Shown in pieces: positions 46,980-58,712 of a DNA stretch of 64,000 nucleotides. The position numbers and the translations under genes were made by a program. The notes beneath the pieces are model-generated. The model was not told where the DNA came from. It ran no database searches and was given only the letters and a program-made list of their open reading frames with translations. Position 1 is the stretch's first letter. Every line of letters begins with the position of its first letter. Origin of the DNA: Azolla caroliniana (taxonomy: Eukaryota > Plantae > Polypodiophyta); NCBI GenBank assembly GCA_043228905.1, contig JBHGNT010000005.1, positions 20,088,001 to 20,152,000 on the forward strand. Direction: 5' to 3'.

Positions 46980-47498
46980 CAGATAGATCTTACTGGAGGT
47001 GTGGCAGACCTGAAGAATCTCCTGGGCCGACTGCAGAGCTCGATCGATCGATCGGAAACAAGCTAACAAATCCTTATTCTCACACACCAGATTTTCTCTT
47101 CTAGATTCCTTCATCTCTTCAAACAGTGGGGAGAGGAGCTTCACCCTTCGGATGAGGCTGGAACACTCTGTTCTGAACATCTTCCTGTGAGGACATGGAC
47201 TGATGAGGGAACGTTGATGTGGACAGGATGCAAGGCGCTGCGGACGAGGACCACAAGAAGATATTTCATCCACGCATTCAATAATGCGGCAAATGATGCC
47301 ATGAACCTCATCTTTCATTGCTTCTCTCTTTTCTTCTTCTTCTTCTTCTTCTTCTTCTTCTTCTTCTTCTTCTTCTTCATCCTTGTGTTCAGCTTCATCT
47401 TCAGTTTGATGGGTTTCTCCTGATCTGGGCAACAACACAGGATCGTGGTCATGCTTGGGTTCCATGAGATTCAAATCAATGGAAGGAATCTGAGTCAT
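46980..47498 (-). CDS. PUB exon 1 (UND domain, poly-Glu); spliced product about 702 aa
   Basis: ECSSLIRRVKLLSPLFEE...SKIYL then GTAGGT donor, 519 nt. (GAA)n encodes the poly-E tract. Confidence 0.85.
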
Positions 47499-47702
47499 GA
47501 GCTTTGAATAAATCCTCTCTCTCTCTCTCTGACTGTTTGTGTCAGAGGAGATCCCCTAACCTCTCTCTAGACTCTGTGTATGCATTTTGAGTGTGGGTGG
47601 GTGTTTTCTGCAGTAGACGAGATTGTCTAATGGATGCTCTGTGATTGCAGAGGGATGTAGGTGTGTGTTCATTCATTCATGAATGCAGAGGGAATGAGAA
47701 AG

Positions 47703-47705
<3 letters not shown>

Positions 47706-47744
<39 letters not shown>

Positions 47745-47962
47745 TGTGTGTGTGTGTGTGGAGAGAGAGAGTGTGTGTGTATGTGTGTGTGTGTGTGGAG
47801 AGAGAAAGAGAGAGAGTGTGTGTGTGTGTGTGTGTGTGTGGAGAGAGAGAGTGTGTGTATGGAGAGAGAGAGTGTGTGTATGTGTGTGTGGAGAGAGAGT
47901 GTGTGTGTATGTGTGTGTGTGTGGAGAGAGAGAGAGAGAGAGTGTGTGTGTGTGTGTGTGTG

Positions 47963-48032
<70 letters not shown>

Positions 48033-48107
48033 AGAGAGAGAGAGAGTGTGTGTATGTGTGTGTGGAGAGAGAAAGAGTGTGTGTGTGTGTGGAGAGAGAG
48101 TGTATGT
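47706..48107. repeat. Compound (GA)n(GT)n microsatellite with higher-order blocks
   Basis: About 9 alternating GA and GT blocks joined by GG, with recurrent GTAT and GAAA interruptions. Confidence 0.97.
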
Positions 48108-48712
48108 GATAGACCAAGATAGAGACAGTAAGAGGGGCACGGGCAGAGATAGAGACAAGAGACCCAAATCTATGTGCCTTTCTCGGACCACCCATAAAAG
48201 CATCCCGAATTCCGTAGCTTTAACTCTGGCCTCTCCGAAGACCCTAACAGACCCTTAACTCCTAAAGCCCTCTGTATGTATCTCTCCGATCCAATTCCCT
48301 TCCCGTCAAGGCAGGTTCTTTTACATATGTGTGTGTGTTTGTTTGTGTGTGTGCGCACTTTTAGTGGAGGTTTTTACGGGATTTGGTGAAAAAAAAGTCA
48401 TTCTCTGGTCGTGTGTACTTCATTCTGGGGTTCTTGGGGTTCTCATTGGTTGGTTTTCTTGGGCGCGTGTGCCCTACCTTTCGATGTGGTTTGATTGTTT
48501 CACATGTTATCATATTGCTAATTGTAATTACAATGTAGTGTCATGGTTGTTATTATCAACTCCAGACAATCATAATATTACAAAATGTCGATAATATTAT
48601 CGTTTGTTCCTGTTCTTCAATGCACAAACGAAAGAGAGTGGGTGAGAGTGCATCCATGTTTAACACCCAAAGTGCTAATGAAAATTAGATTTGAAATTCC
48701 ACCAATGGTGAT

Positions 48713-48748
<36 letters not shown>

Positions 48749-49572
48749 TTACATAAGGCTCCCATGGGGTGAGTAGAAGATGTGAAACACTTGCCTTAAA
48801 ATAGTCAGGATATCTGTGGTAGTTGTTCAAAAAACTAGGTTTCTTGACCTATCGCATTTAGTAAAAGGTGGACATGTGACTTGAGACTTGTGAGCATATG
48901 CCTCAATGAGGATTTATCGTTTGGGAGTACAAAGATCAAAACATGTTGAATGGGCCAATGATATTGAAGGAAATTTTGCTTTTAATTCTATCCATGAAGA
49001 TGGGAAATTGAATTTGCCCTTTTGCACATAGGATCCCATGTAAATATGCTTTCGACATATGGTAGAAGACAAGAGTTTTTTTCTTCTGTCTCGTGTGAAT
49101 CAGCCTTAGTTTGTAAAACGTGATTGATCACGAGCGTACAACTAAAGGTGGTGGTTGATAAAACACATGTATTTTAACTTCTCCCAAGGGTGAAAACATG
49201 ATAGCATGACTTCCGCTCCTTGTGTGAGATTTCGTACAAAGATATTGTTAGGATGGCATTGGGGTCACAAACGACATTTTTCTCAACACTTTCATTTGAA
49301 TTGATTCTAGTTTCGTGATTTGGATTTACCCAAACAAAAAGATAATGGTGGACATATTATGCTCTTCATTTTGTGAAATATAAATGTGGTTGGGAATCCT
49401 AAACAAAATTGAAATAAACTTTTGGTTCACGAAGATCAATAAAAAGATCTAGGATGAGAGCATGTTTTAGCTCCCTATTATCTATCTAATCGATGCAATA
49501 TTATGCTCTTGGGTTTGGCTCGTAGAATTTTGGAAACCGTGAACAGAGGAGTGATCGGTCTCTACGGAATAA

Positions 49573-49824
49573 TATGTGGTTCACTAGAGACACGGAATAC
49601 GAATTGTTGGGTTAATCTAGCATGTGTAAATTTTATATGAAAGCTGAACAAGTGTAAAGATGACATCTCATTACATACATATGCAATGACCAATTATGTG
49701 GTTCACTAGAGACGCGGAATACGAATTGTTGGGTTAATCTAGCAAATAGATTTGTGTAAATTTTATATGAAAGCTGAACAAGTGTAAAGATGACATCTCA
49801 TTACATACATATGCAATGACCAAT
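49573..49824. repeat. Recent 122/130-bp tandem duplication
   Basis: Copies start at 49573 and 49695 and differ by one substitution and an 8-nt indel. Confidence 0.93.
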
Positions 49825-51689
49825 TAAGTAAACCTTCAAGTATGAATAAGCAAAGTAAGACTGAGGAATAATTAAATTTCACTTCACTAGAGCTTTGTGA
49901 TATACAACTTACAAATAACAAAACTTCATTTGAAATGAATATAATGGTAGCAAAACAAAATCTTCATAAACAAGGCAAACATTAGGCTTTAGTCTCACAT
50001 ACAACAGGGATGCGTAGATAAAAATGTGAATGAAAACCAAATGTGACCATCAAGGCATGACGTAACATTCTTGACAAAATGTGATTTGTTTGAAACAAGA
50101 CAACATGTGAAGTTCGGGGTAAATCATGGTGTCATGACCCCATGTTCTCTAAACAACTAAAATGTAAAAACAAGTCATGCATATGCATATAAAAGAAAAC
50201 AATGCATGTGTTTTTTTACGATGAAGTTAAAAATTACAATATTGCAAATATATGCAACAAAACAAATAGAGCTATACACATTTCTACTATTTTCTCACAA
50301 TTGAACTTATCAAAACAACATATATAGTAGTGCTAAAAAGATTGCCTTCCAAAATACAACTAGAATTGTCGACAATTAAAGCCATCGTAAAACTTAAATC
50401 CATCTTTACATGTTTGACCACAATGTACATGTATGAAGATTCAAAACATATGCATTGATGCATGAATATATGGTTTGTTTTGAATGGGATATATTGTCAA
50501 CCTAAGCCAATGTTATATCACAAGTAATCACACTTAGAATATAGATGCATCTGGTAGACATCTTAAGGGATTCCTGAAGCTCCAAATGTACCTGTAAAAT
50601 TAATGCTATAATATTAGGGGAAAATAAAAATGCTTGCCACAATGAGCAGAAATTCACATTTGTTTTTTTTTTACTTTTCAAAAATATTGCTTTCAATATT
50701 TACTTATTAAAAAATGACAACAAGGTAAGTGATAATTATGTACATACATATTTTAATTACTAATGCTAATGATATGTAAATGGATATTATTATTTAATTA
50801 CAAAAATAAAATGACGAGTTGGATTAGGGTAAGCTAATTAAAATGTATTTATTTGGATTATGTTACATCACTTATCAAGAAAAAAACCTTAGTTGAGAGA
50901 ACCAAAATTATCTTTCCACCTTGGAGGCCAAAGTTGGACACAAAAAGCAATTGAATATGCCGTGTTTAAAGCATCATAATAACAACAATTAGATTGAATA
51001 GTAGATCATGAAGAATATTAACCAAGTCCAACATTGCTTGTCCAAGGATATGGTAGAAGAGCTCCTCTTGAAGAAAACAAGCTTTATGAGACCAAAGTGG
51101 CTTTAGAGTACATGTACCAAACAATTTGATTTTACTACCAAGCACTCACCGATTGGATCAATGACCCATATAAGCTCAATGTACATAAGATATGATTGGA
51201 TGTTTGATCCAATACAAATGTATAATGGTTCGTAGTGTTATTATTCTTGCAGAACCCAACATTTGATGTTAGAGGAAGGCATTCCATCATTATACATAAT
51301 AATAACTCACACATAAGAATATGACAAGTGGTCAAGTGCCCAAAGAGGGAACAAAAAGCTGGTTGTTTCCTCCATAGGTGGAGTTTGTTTTACCTTATGA
51401 CAGTGGGGGATATATTTTTTTCTCTGTTATCTTACCTTCCACTAGATTGTATCATTATGTGCTTTGTATACACTTATTGGATTGGTAATGGAATATATGA
51501 TGTAGTTTGGAAAAAAAGAAGAGGGAACAAAAAGCTTGGAGGAGCATTATCTTATTTTTAAATTATCTCTAACAAAAACAGTCAAAGATTTGATCCTAAT
51601 GCATCAATGGTGTGTTGCATAACTTGTCTTTAATAAACTGTGTACATTGATATGCTTAGGGTCAGAATTGACCAAACACTCACGCAACT

Positions 51690-52290
51690 ATTGACCACTC
51701 CGGGTTATGATTCCAAATCAATAGGGAAACAATAACAAAATGCAAAACAAGGACACGCGATATTTAACGTGGAAAACCCTAAATCGGGAAAAACCATGGG
51801 ACCCTCTGGGTACCAAAATTTCACTATAGTTCAAAGTGTGCGGACAGAAATAGCCTCCCTAGATCTCACTAGGGGAACATCAAAATCTCAAGGCCACAAC
51901 ATTTACACAATTTTCGTCTCACTAAGTGGACGGAACAAACAGAAATAGTAGAAAACCCAGAGAAATAAGACCTGGTTGGGATGATTGCCCACTTAGAGAT
52001 GATGGTGCCACAACACCTGCAAATCGTAGATTTTGAAGTCCCTTTGCCTTTCTACCGAGTCTTGCAAGAACGTTGTAGAGTTCACCTCTATCTTTTCTAT
52101 CTCTGTTGACCTCACACACACTACACGACACCACTGTTCATACATACGCTATATATGTTTACCATGACCAAGAAAAAACCTAACTTGGTTTTTGGCACTT
52201 CACCCATTTTTAGCCGTTTGACCCTTAGCCGGTTCTTAGCCGGCTTTCTACCCTTCCTTCTCCCATGTGGAGGGAAGCAAACAAAACGAA
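51690..52290 (-). mobile_element. Probable old copia LTR fragment, boundaries approximate
   Basis: ACGTGGAAAACCCTAAATCGGGAAAAACCATGGG motif shared with the 57135 and 58056 LTRs. Confidence 0.5.
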
Positions 52291-52294
52291 TATA

Positions 52295-55200
52295 TGTTAT
52301 GGACATCTATGATTTGAGGTTGAACATGTAGAACACAAACCATATGAAGGCTATTGAGAATGAAGCTCAACCTAGTCTAGTGTGTGAACACACATTTGAG
52401 AATCTATGAGCACTCAAAGGTCAAAAGTCACCACTACTCTCTAAACATTAACTATGTGTCATAGAATCATATTCTATGACACATAACTAATGAGTTCCAA
52501 ATTCCCCATGACTAACGAGTCTCCACATTCCCCAAGGTTCTAAAGAGAGAGTGTGTGTTATTGTGAATTAATGAAGAGAGAGGGTGACCTTATATAAAGC
52601 ACCCTCCTCCTACTTCATAAAGAGTCGGTTATCCTCCCTTATAATGCTACATATTTGTACATCATATTCTCCGTGTTAATATACATCTTCTTGAGTACTT
52701 CATTTCTTTTATCTATCTTGTGTTTCTCTCCTCTCCTCTCCTCTTTCCACAAACACACACACACACACACATAACACACATCTCTTCTGCTGCACACAAT
52801 CATATCCGATTCTTTACATGGTATCAAAGCGATTTGGTAGCTCGATCTAGCCCATCCATATGTGGTGTGTCCTACATTGATGTTCAAGAAGAATCGACTC
52901 ATCGTTATCGTAGTGTCACTACATAGCTTGTGCTCAAGAGAGAAGGAAAAGAAGAAGTAAATCTACATCGACATAATGAATACTCAAATGGGTAGTGCTC
53001 TTCTTAGCGAGAAGTTGGACAGAAACAACTTTGCATCTTGGGAGTATAAGATGCACCAATATCTTGTTGGCCAAGGCTATTGGGGCTACATTCAAGTAGC
53101 ACAAGAAAACAAACTTGACCCAAAGGAATGCGACTACTCAACATGGGAGCAAGCAGCAAGTCAAGTGATGTATCATTTGGCAACATGTGTCCATGATCAC
53201 CTGCTTGGCTACATTCGAGAAGCCAAGATGTCGAAGGAAGCATGGGAGAATCTAAGGAAGATTTTCGCGGCCAACACAACCGCAATGAAGCTTCAACTCC
53301 ACCAAGAGTTTAACAACATCAAACAAAGGGATATGTCCATCACAAGCTACACCTTGAAGATCAAGGAGCTTTGTGACTCGCTCAGCTCAATACGCGTCAA
53401 CGGAGGATGATGAGATGGTGAAAATATGCCTAGGCAGCCTCGCACCACGGCCTCAATGAGAACCATCATTCTAGTAAGGGAGAATCCTCCCTCTTTCTTC
53501 GATCTTCAATTAGTGTTGTTTGAAGAAAACCATGTTCGAACAAGGAGCAACACCTCGAAAGGCCACATGCTCTACACACACTCAGGAAAAGGACGTTGTC
53601 CAACCTATGAAAACAACTTGCAATTTCGGGAAGAAAGCGGAAACAATAGAGGAATGTTAGGAAGAAGGGGGAGCTTCCATGTTGGTCCAAGCCGACAAAA
53701 CTCAATCGAGTGCGGATATTGCGGCAAGATCGGCCACCACGAAGAAGAGTGCTGAAAGAAGACGCGTGAGTCGGCTTCCACAAGCCAACAACTCACCAAT
53801 TACGCCACCAACTCCAACTATGAAGACCATTCTGGAATGTTCTTGACGAGGCATAGAGAAAAATCTATGTCGGCTTCTATGTATGGTTCGTCGACTCCGG
53901 TGCTTCGAATCATATGACGTCTCATGAGGAATGGTTCTGAGACTTATGAGAGCCGAATCAAGTCGGCTATGTTGAGACTAGAGACGACATTACTCATCCG
54001 ATTCGGCATATCGGTAATGTCCCATTCGGGAAAGAGGGCAACCAAACATACATTAAGAATGTCTTGCATGTACTGACCACCATGAAGAATTTGGTCTCCG
54101 TCAGCCAAATTGTGGAGCAAGGCATGCAAGTTCGATTCAACCAAGGTGGTTGCTTCATAGAAAAAGAGGGCTGACTCATCACTCGTGGACGAAGAGAAGG
54201 CCGAATGTTCATTCTCGATTCGCACGAGATGAAATCGGCCATGTTTGCAAAAGGCACCTTGAAAGCCGACACCGACATAGAGGTATGACATAAGAGATTC
54301 AGCCATATCAACCTCCAAAAGCTCAAGGGATGCAATAAAAAGGAATCTTCATCGGGCTCTTGACTTTCAAAGAGAAAGAGATTGAAGGCATATGTGCAGC
54401 TTGCCAATTCAGCAAGCAACACCGGCACCTATTCCTGAAAGAGAGGAACGTGAGCAAATGCATACTAGATGTAATACGTTCCGACGTATGGGGACCGGCT
54501 CAGACAACTACATTCGATGGATGTTGATATTACGTGACCTTTATCGACGACTTCTCCAGGCACACTGATCTACCCCATGCGGCAAAAGAGCGAAGTGTTC
54601 GAACACTTCCAAAAATTTAAGAATGAAGTCGAGAAAGCACAAGTCAACATGTCCAATGTCTTTGGTCAGATGGAGGCAAGGAATAATTCTCCGATGCATT
54701 CACTACATACCTTCAGCAAGAAGGAATCCTATAAGAATTTTCGTGGTGACATACACCGCAACAGAATGGAGTGGCCGAACGCAAAAATCGGCACATCCTC
54801 GAAGTAGCATGGGCCATCCTAAATGAGAAGCACATGCCGAAGTAGCAAATACTACCGTCTACCTCATGAACTGGTGCACAACATCCGGAGTGCACGAGGT
54901 TACCCCACACGAAAAGTACTATGGAAAGAAGCCAGATCTATCCCATGTTAAGATATTCGGCTCACTTGCATACGTGCACATCCCCGATGAGAAGCGGCAA
55001 AAGCTAGATTCCAAGTTGGAGAAATGTATCCTCGTAGGATACTCACTAGAGCAAAAGGGGTAAAAATGCTTCAACCCCTCTACTCGGAAGGTTCGTGTGA
55101 GTCGAGATGTAGTCTTTGATGAATCAACATCTTGGTACGAACCCGAGCCGATTCCTCATGAACCATCTACGAACGACCTTGACAACACAAAAGACGATGA

Positions 55201-55920
55201 TCAACTAAGGTCAATACATGAGTAGAGTATGATCTCAACTAAGAATATCTCAGCCGAGTTCGAAGATGGACAAAGGGAAGGCCAAAATGGTAGAGTATGA
55301 AGATGATCTATTCGACGACAATGAGTCGGCTCACTCACTCGACAATGAATATAATAGCTTTGATGTGACACTTATGAGGTCACTAGGAGTAAAGAAAGCA
55401 CTCACATCAGCAAATGAAAAACCCTGTCGCTCCACTCGAGAGACAAATCCAGTTAGTCGATTCGGCTACAACAACTATATGGCATATCACTATGCCTTTA
55501 TGATGAAAGTGACAACAGTTCATGAATTGGAAAAAGTTTTCGAGGTAGCCAAGGATCCACGATGGGTCGAAGCAATGAACGAGGAGATACGGGCACTATG
55601 CAAGAATGAAACATGGGATCTCGTTCCCCACTCATCTACAAAGTGAAGTATAATGTTGACGGCTCCATCAACTGCTACAAAGCTCAACTTGTAGCGAAAG
55701 GATACGCACAAACACATGGAGTCGACTATGAAGAGACCTTTGCCCCGATGGCAAAGATGACGACTATGTGTACCGTGATTGCACTTGCAGCGGCAAAAGG
55801 GTGGTACCTCCACCAAATGGATGTCAAGAACACCTTTCTTCAAGGTGAATTAGAAGAGGTGTACATGGTACAACCACCCGGCTTTGAATCCAGCATCCAT
55901 CCAAAACAATCTGTTCGCCT
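52295..55920 (+). mobile_element. Decayed, 3'-truncated Ty1/copia, same family as 1-4322
   Basis: LTR ends TTCTTTACA at 52818 (start uncertain), PBS TGGTATCAAAGC 52819-52830, gag from 52976, CGYCGKIGHHEEEC, IN, RT truncated after MVQPPGFESSIH. Confidence 0.9.
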
Positions 55921-55947
55921 AAGAGGAGTATGATCCGGAGGCGGAGG

Positions 55948-56442
55948 TGTGAAACGGAAAGAGATAAAGACGGATAATAATAATATATTATAGATAAATA
56001 GTATTAAGGAAGTGACGGATCCAGATAAAGCTATTTTGAGCTATTAAAGCTATTATAACGATTAAACCTATTAGAGCTATTTGAGGTATTACCCACTTAT
56101 TAAGCTAAATACTTATTCAAAGTACATTTTATCAAGTATTTTAGCTATTAGAGCTATTGCCCACTAATGTATGTGCCTCTTATGCATGGGTGACACTTGG
56201 CACTCATACACCCACCTTCCTCATGTATAAAAAGGGGAAGAGTAACCTTATCAAGGGGGGAATAACAATAGATGTCAAATGATTGTAATCAGCTAGAAAA
56301 GAAATACTATTGTAATAATCTTGGAAAGATCAATACAAGCTATTTTTGTTTCTCCTCTTTCTTTGACAAGAAGCCTGATGCTTACTTCCTAGATTCACAT
56401 TTCCTTTTTCCGTTGCATGTGTAGGTCGTGATCAACATCACA
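55948..56442 (+). mobile_element. Orphan 3' LTR
   Basis: Purine tract GGAGGCGGAGG, then TGTGA...TCACA inverted termini and internal TATAAAAAGGGG. Confidence 0.55.
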
Positions 56443-56595
56443 TCGCTAACCCTATTCCTATCTTTATCACCATTATCATTAACCCTAACCCTAACCCTAC
56501 AACAAGAGAGAGAGCTCGGCACTCAAACCGTCAGCACTTCGTACTCCAAAACACGGATCCCTTGCACAGTCTTCTCTCCCTCCTTTTATAGCTCA

Positions 56596-56651
<56 letters not shown>

Positions 56652-56895
56652 TTACATCAAGTTGTTAAGACAACCGCTTCAGACCGAGATTTCCCTCGAT
56701 TCCCTCCATGAGATATTTCTATTATTCTCTATGCATGTGGCCCTTAAAGTACCAGTCAATCACACCTACCTAGTATTCCACAACACTTAACTAACACCAT
56801 GGTATTTACACACATTTGTATAGAAAGACATATTTTGAGTGCATTCATGCACGTTTGACCCCTTTTTCTCCTCGTAGCCGGAATTCCTCACGACA
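56443..56895 (-). mobile_element. Truncated LTR related to the 24308 element
   Basis: Minus strand starts TGTCGTGAGGAATTCCG and contains CTCCTTGAGCTATAAAAGGAGGG and (TAGGGT)3, paralleling TGTCGTGAAGATTTTCG, CTCCTTGGGCTATAAAAGGGAGGG and TAGGGTTT of the 24308 LTR. Includes the (GA)n at about 56598-56648. Confidence 0.65.
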
Positions 56896-56959
56896 CCGCT
56901 TGTGCCACAGGTCGATATCTGATTCGACCTTCTGACCTTTTGCAAATCTTCATGTGCAT

Positions 56960-57684
56960 TACCTCCCAAGTCGGGAGCATCTATCTTGTCTGGTCTTGCA
57001 TCTCCAAACTGTACCGGCAGCCAGAGATCTTTGACCACCAACATGTCCCTCATCTTCGACTTCCATACTAGGTAGTTGGAGCCGGTGAGCTTGAACATGC
57101 CGCTGAATGGATCTTCCATGCTTTGATACCAGATTGATAGAAATAGGGCTCATCCACAACCGAGTTCCACAATGTAAATGGGAGATTGAACAGAAAGTAA
57201 CAATGCACTTAACAAGATAGAAGAAATGACATCAAATGTTAACGTGGAAAACCCTAATTGGGAAAAACCATGGGAGCCCACAAGCTCCAACTATCACTAT
57301 GAGAGAAAGATACTACAATGTGAGACTCTGAAGCAACGACCTCAAGCTCTGTCTTCGTCAACCGGCGGTTACAACAAAAAATGCTTAAATTTTGTTTCTC
57401 TCTCTCTCTTTGTATGACAATAAGAATAATTACAACAACACTCTCAACAGTATTGCCCTAGTTATATTTATACTTATATAACTTTGGGGCTATTTACAAA
57501 TATGGCCTCAATGGCACATAGTAACATATTTACCAATATGGCTCTTCTCATGGTTCACATCCGATCCGGCCGGACCCCTTATGGATCCATCCGGTCCAGC
57601 TTTCGGATATCCTTCCGAGTGCATCTGATGCGGCTCCTTGCTTCGGCTCTTCCTACCCTATCCGAAGGGACCAGATTCCCAACA
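56960..57684 (-). mobile_element. Copia 5' end: LTR 57135-57684, PBS 57120-57131, gag N-terminus
   Basis: LTR homologous to the 58056 LTR. TGGTATCAAAGC is directly followed by ATG (MEDPFSGMFKLTGSNYLVWKSKMRDMLVVKDLW). Confidence 0.85.
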
Positions 57685-58055
57685 GATGAGAGAGACAGAT
57701 CCAACGACCTCCCACATTAACACCTTCAGTCGGGTGTTATCCGAACTGTCCTCCCAAGGGATTAACTTCAAAGAAGAAGTGAAAGCCCTTGCCTTACTTT
57801 TGAGCTTGCTGGCGATCTGGGAGGTATTCTGCACTACTTTCGCCAATAGCTGTCCAAAGCTGAATTTGGACGAAACAATCGGACAAGTCCTCACTGAGGA
57901 TATCCGACGAAAATCGGACAACTCGGCAAAAGCCCACTACTCGACCAAGCAAGCCGAAAGAACCGACCGAAGAACTAGTAAGTCAAGGAGGATCTATAAT
58001 CGACAATGGTCAAAGTTGAGGAATAGTCGATCAAGTACTTTCTGCACTCATTGCA
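57685..58055 (+). pseudogene. Copia gag fragment, host of the 58056 insertion
   Basis: MRETDPTTSHINTFSRVLSEL...KALALLLSL..WEVFCTT...FCTHC. Continues after 63469. Confidence 0.8.
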
Positions 58056-58511
58056 TGTAAAAACAGTGCTCGGCCACAACCGAGGAATGGGATCAACTCA
58101 CAAAAAAACAGGAAATACAAAATGCACAAAACAATAGAGAGAAAGGTACACTGGATGTTTTACGTGGAAAACCCTAAATGGGAAAAACCACGGGAGTCCT
58201 CAAACTCCAACTATCACTATGAACAGGGATGTACACTGGTGAAGCTACAAGGCAACAACCTTGAGCTCACTGTCTTCGCCACAGGCGGCGGCAATACACA
58301 GAGGCAACGACCTCTTCGTCTCTCTCTCTCTCTCTCTCTCGGCTGCTCTCACTTCGCATGAAAAATTAAGCAACAACATAAACTGTTTGCCCTAAGTCAT
58401 ATTTATACACATATGACTTTCGGGCTATTTACAAATATAGCCTCAAGGGCTCTTGGCAAACATATTCACAAATATGTCCCCGCATCCGGATCTCCCTCCG
58501 GGTACATTCGT

Positions 58512-58641
58512 CATCCGGCTCCGTAACCGGGGTCTTCAGCATCCGGCTCCGTAGCCGGGGTATTCATCATCCGGCTCCGTAGCCGGGGTCTTCAGCATCC
58601 GGCTCCGTAGCCAGGGTCTTCGTCATCCGGCTCCGTAACCG
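58512..58641. repeat. 28-bp tandem array in the LTR U3 (second copy 63274-63403)
   Basis: CATCCGGCTCCGTAGCCGGGGTCTTCAG units at 58512, 58540, 58568, 58596 and 58624 (partial). Confidence 0.95.
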
Positions 58642-58712
58642 CAACCGGGCTTGCCGTCATTCATCTCCGGACATCCCATCCGGAGGGACCGAAATCCCAA
58701 CAAACTCCCCCT

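Noticed and set aside
39824-47498. Functional coupling of the sulfurase-like and PUB genes
   Set aside because: Convergent neighbours 2 kb apart; adjacency alone is not evidence in a plant genome.
47661-48258. ORFs of 120-184 aa (ERER/VCVC/HTHT)
   Set aside because: Translations of the dinucleotide microsatellite.
48780-49560. Possible decayed minus-strand coding remnant, perhaps from a transposon
   Set aside because: No diagnostic motif could be recognised by eye; needs a translated search.
56480-56499. (TAACCC)3 as an interstitial telomere or healing scar
   Set aside because: Only three units, better explained as the LTR motif of 56443-56895.
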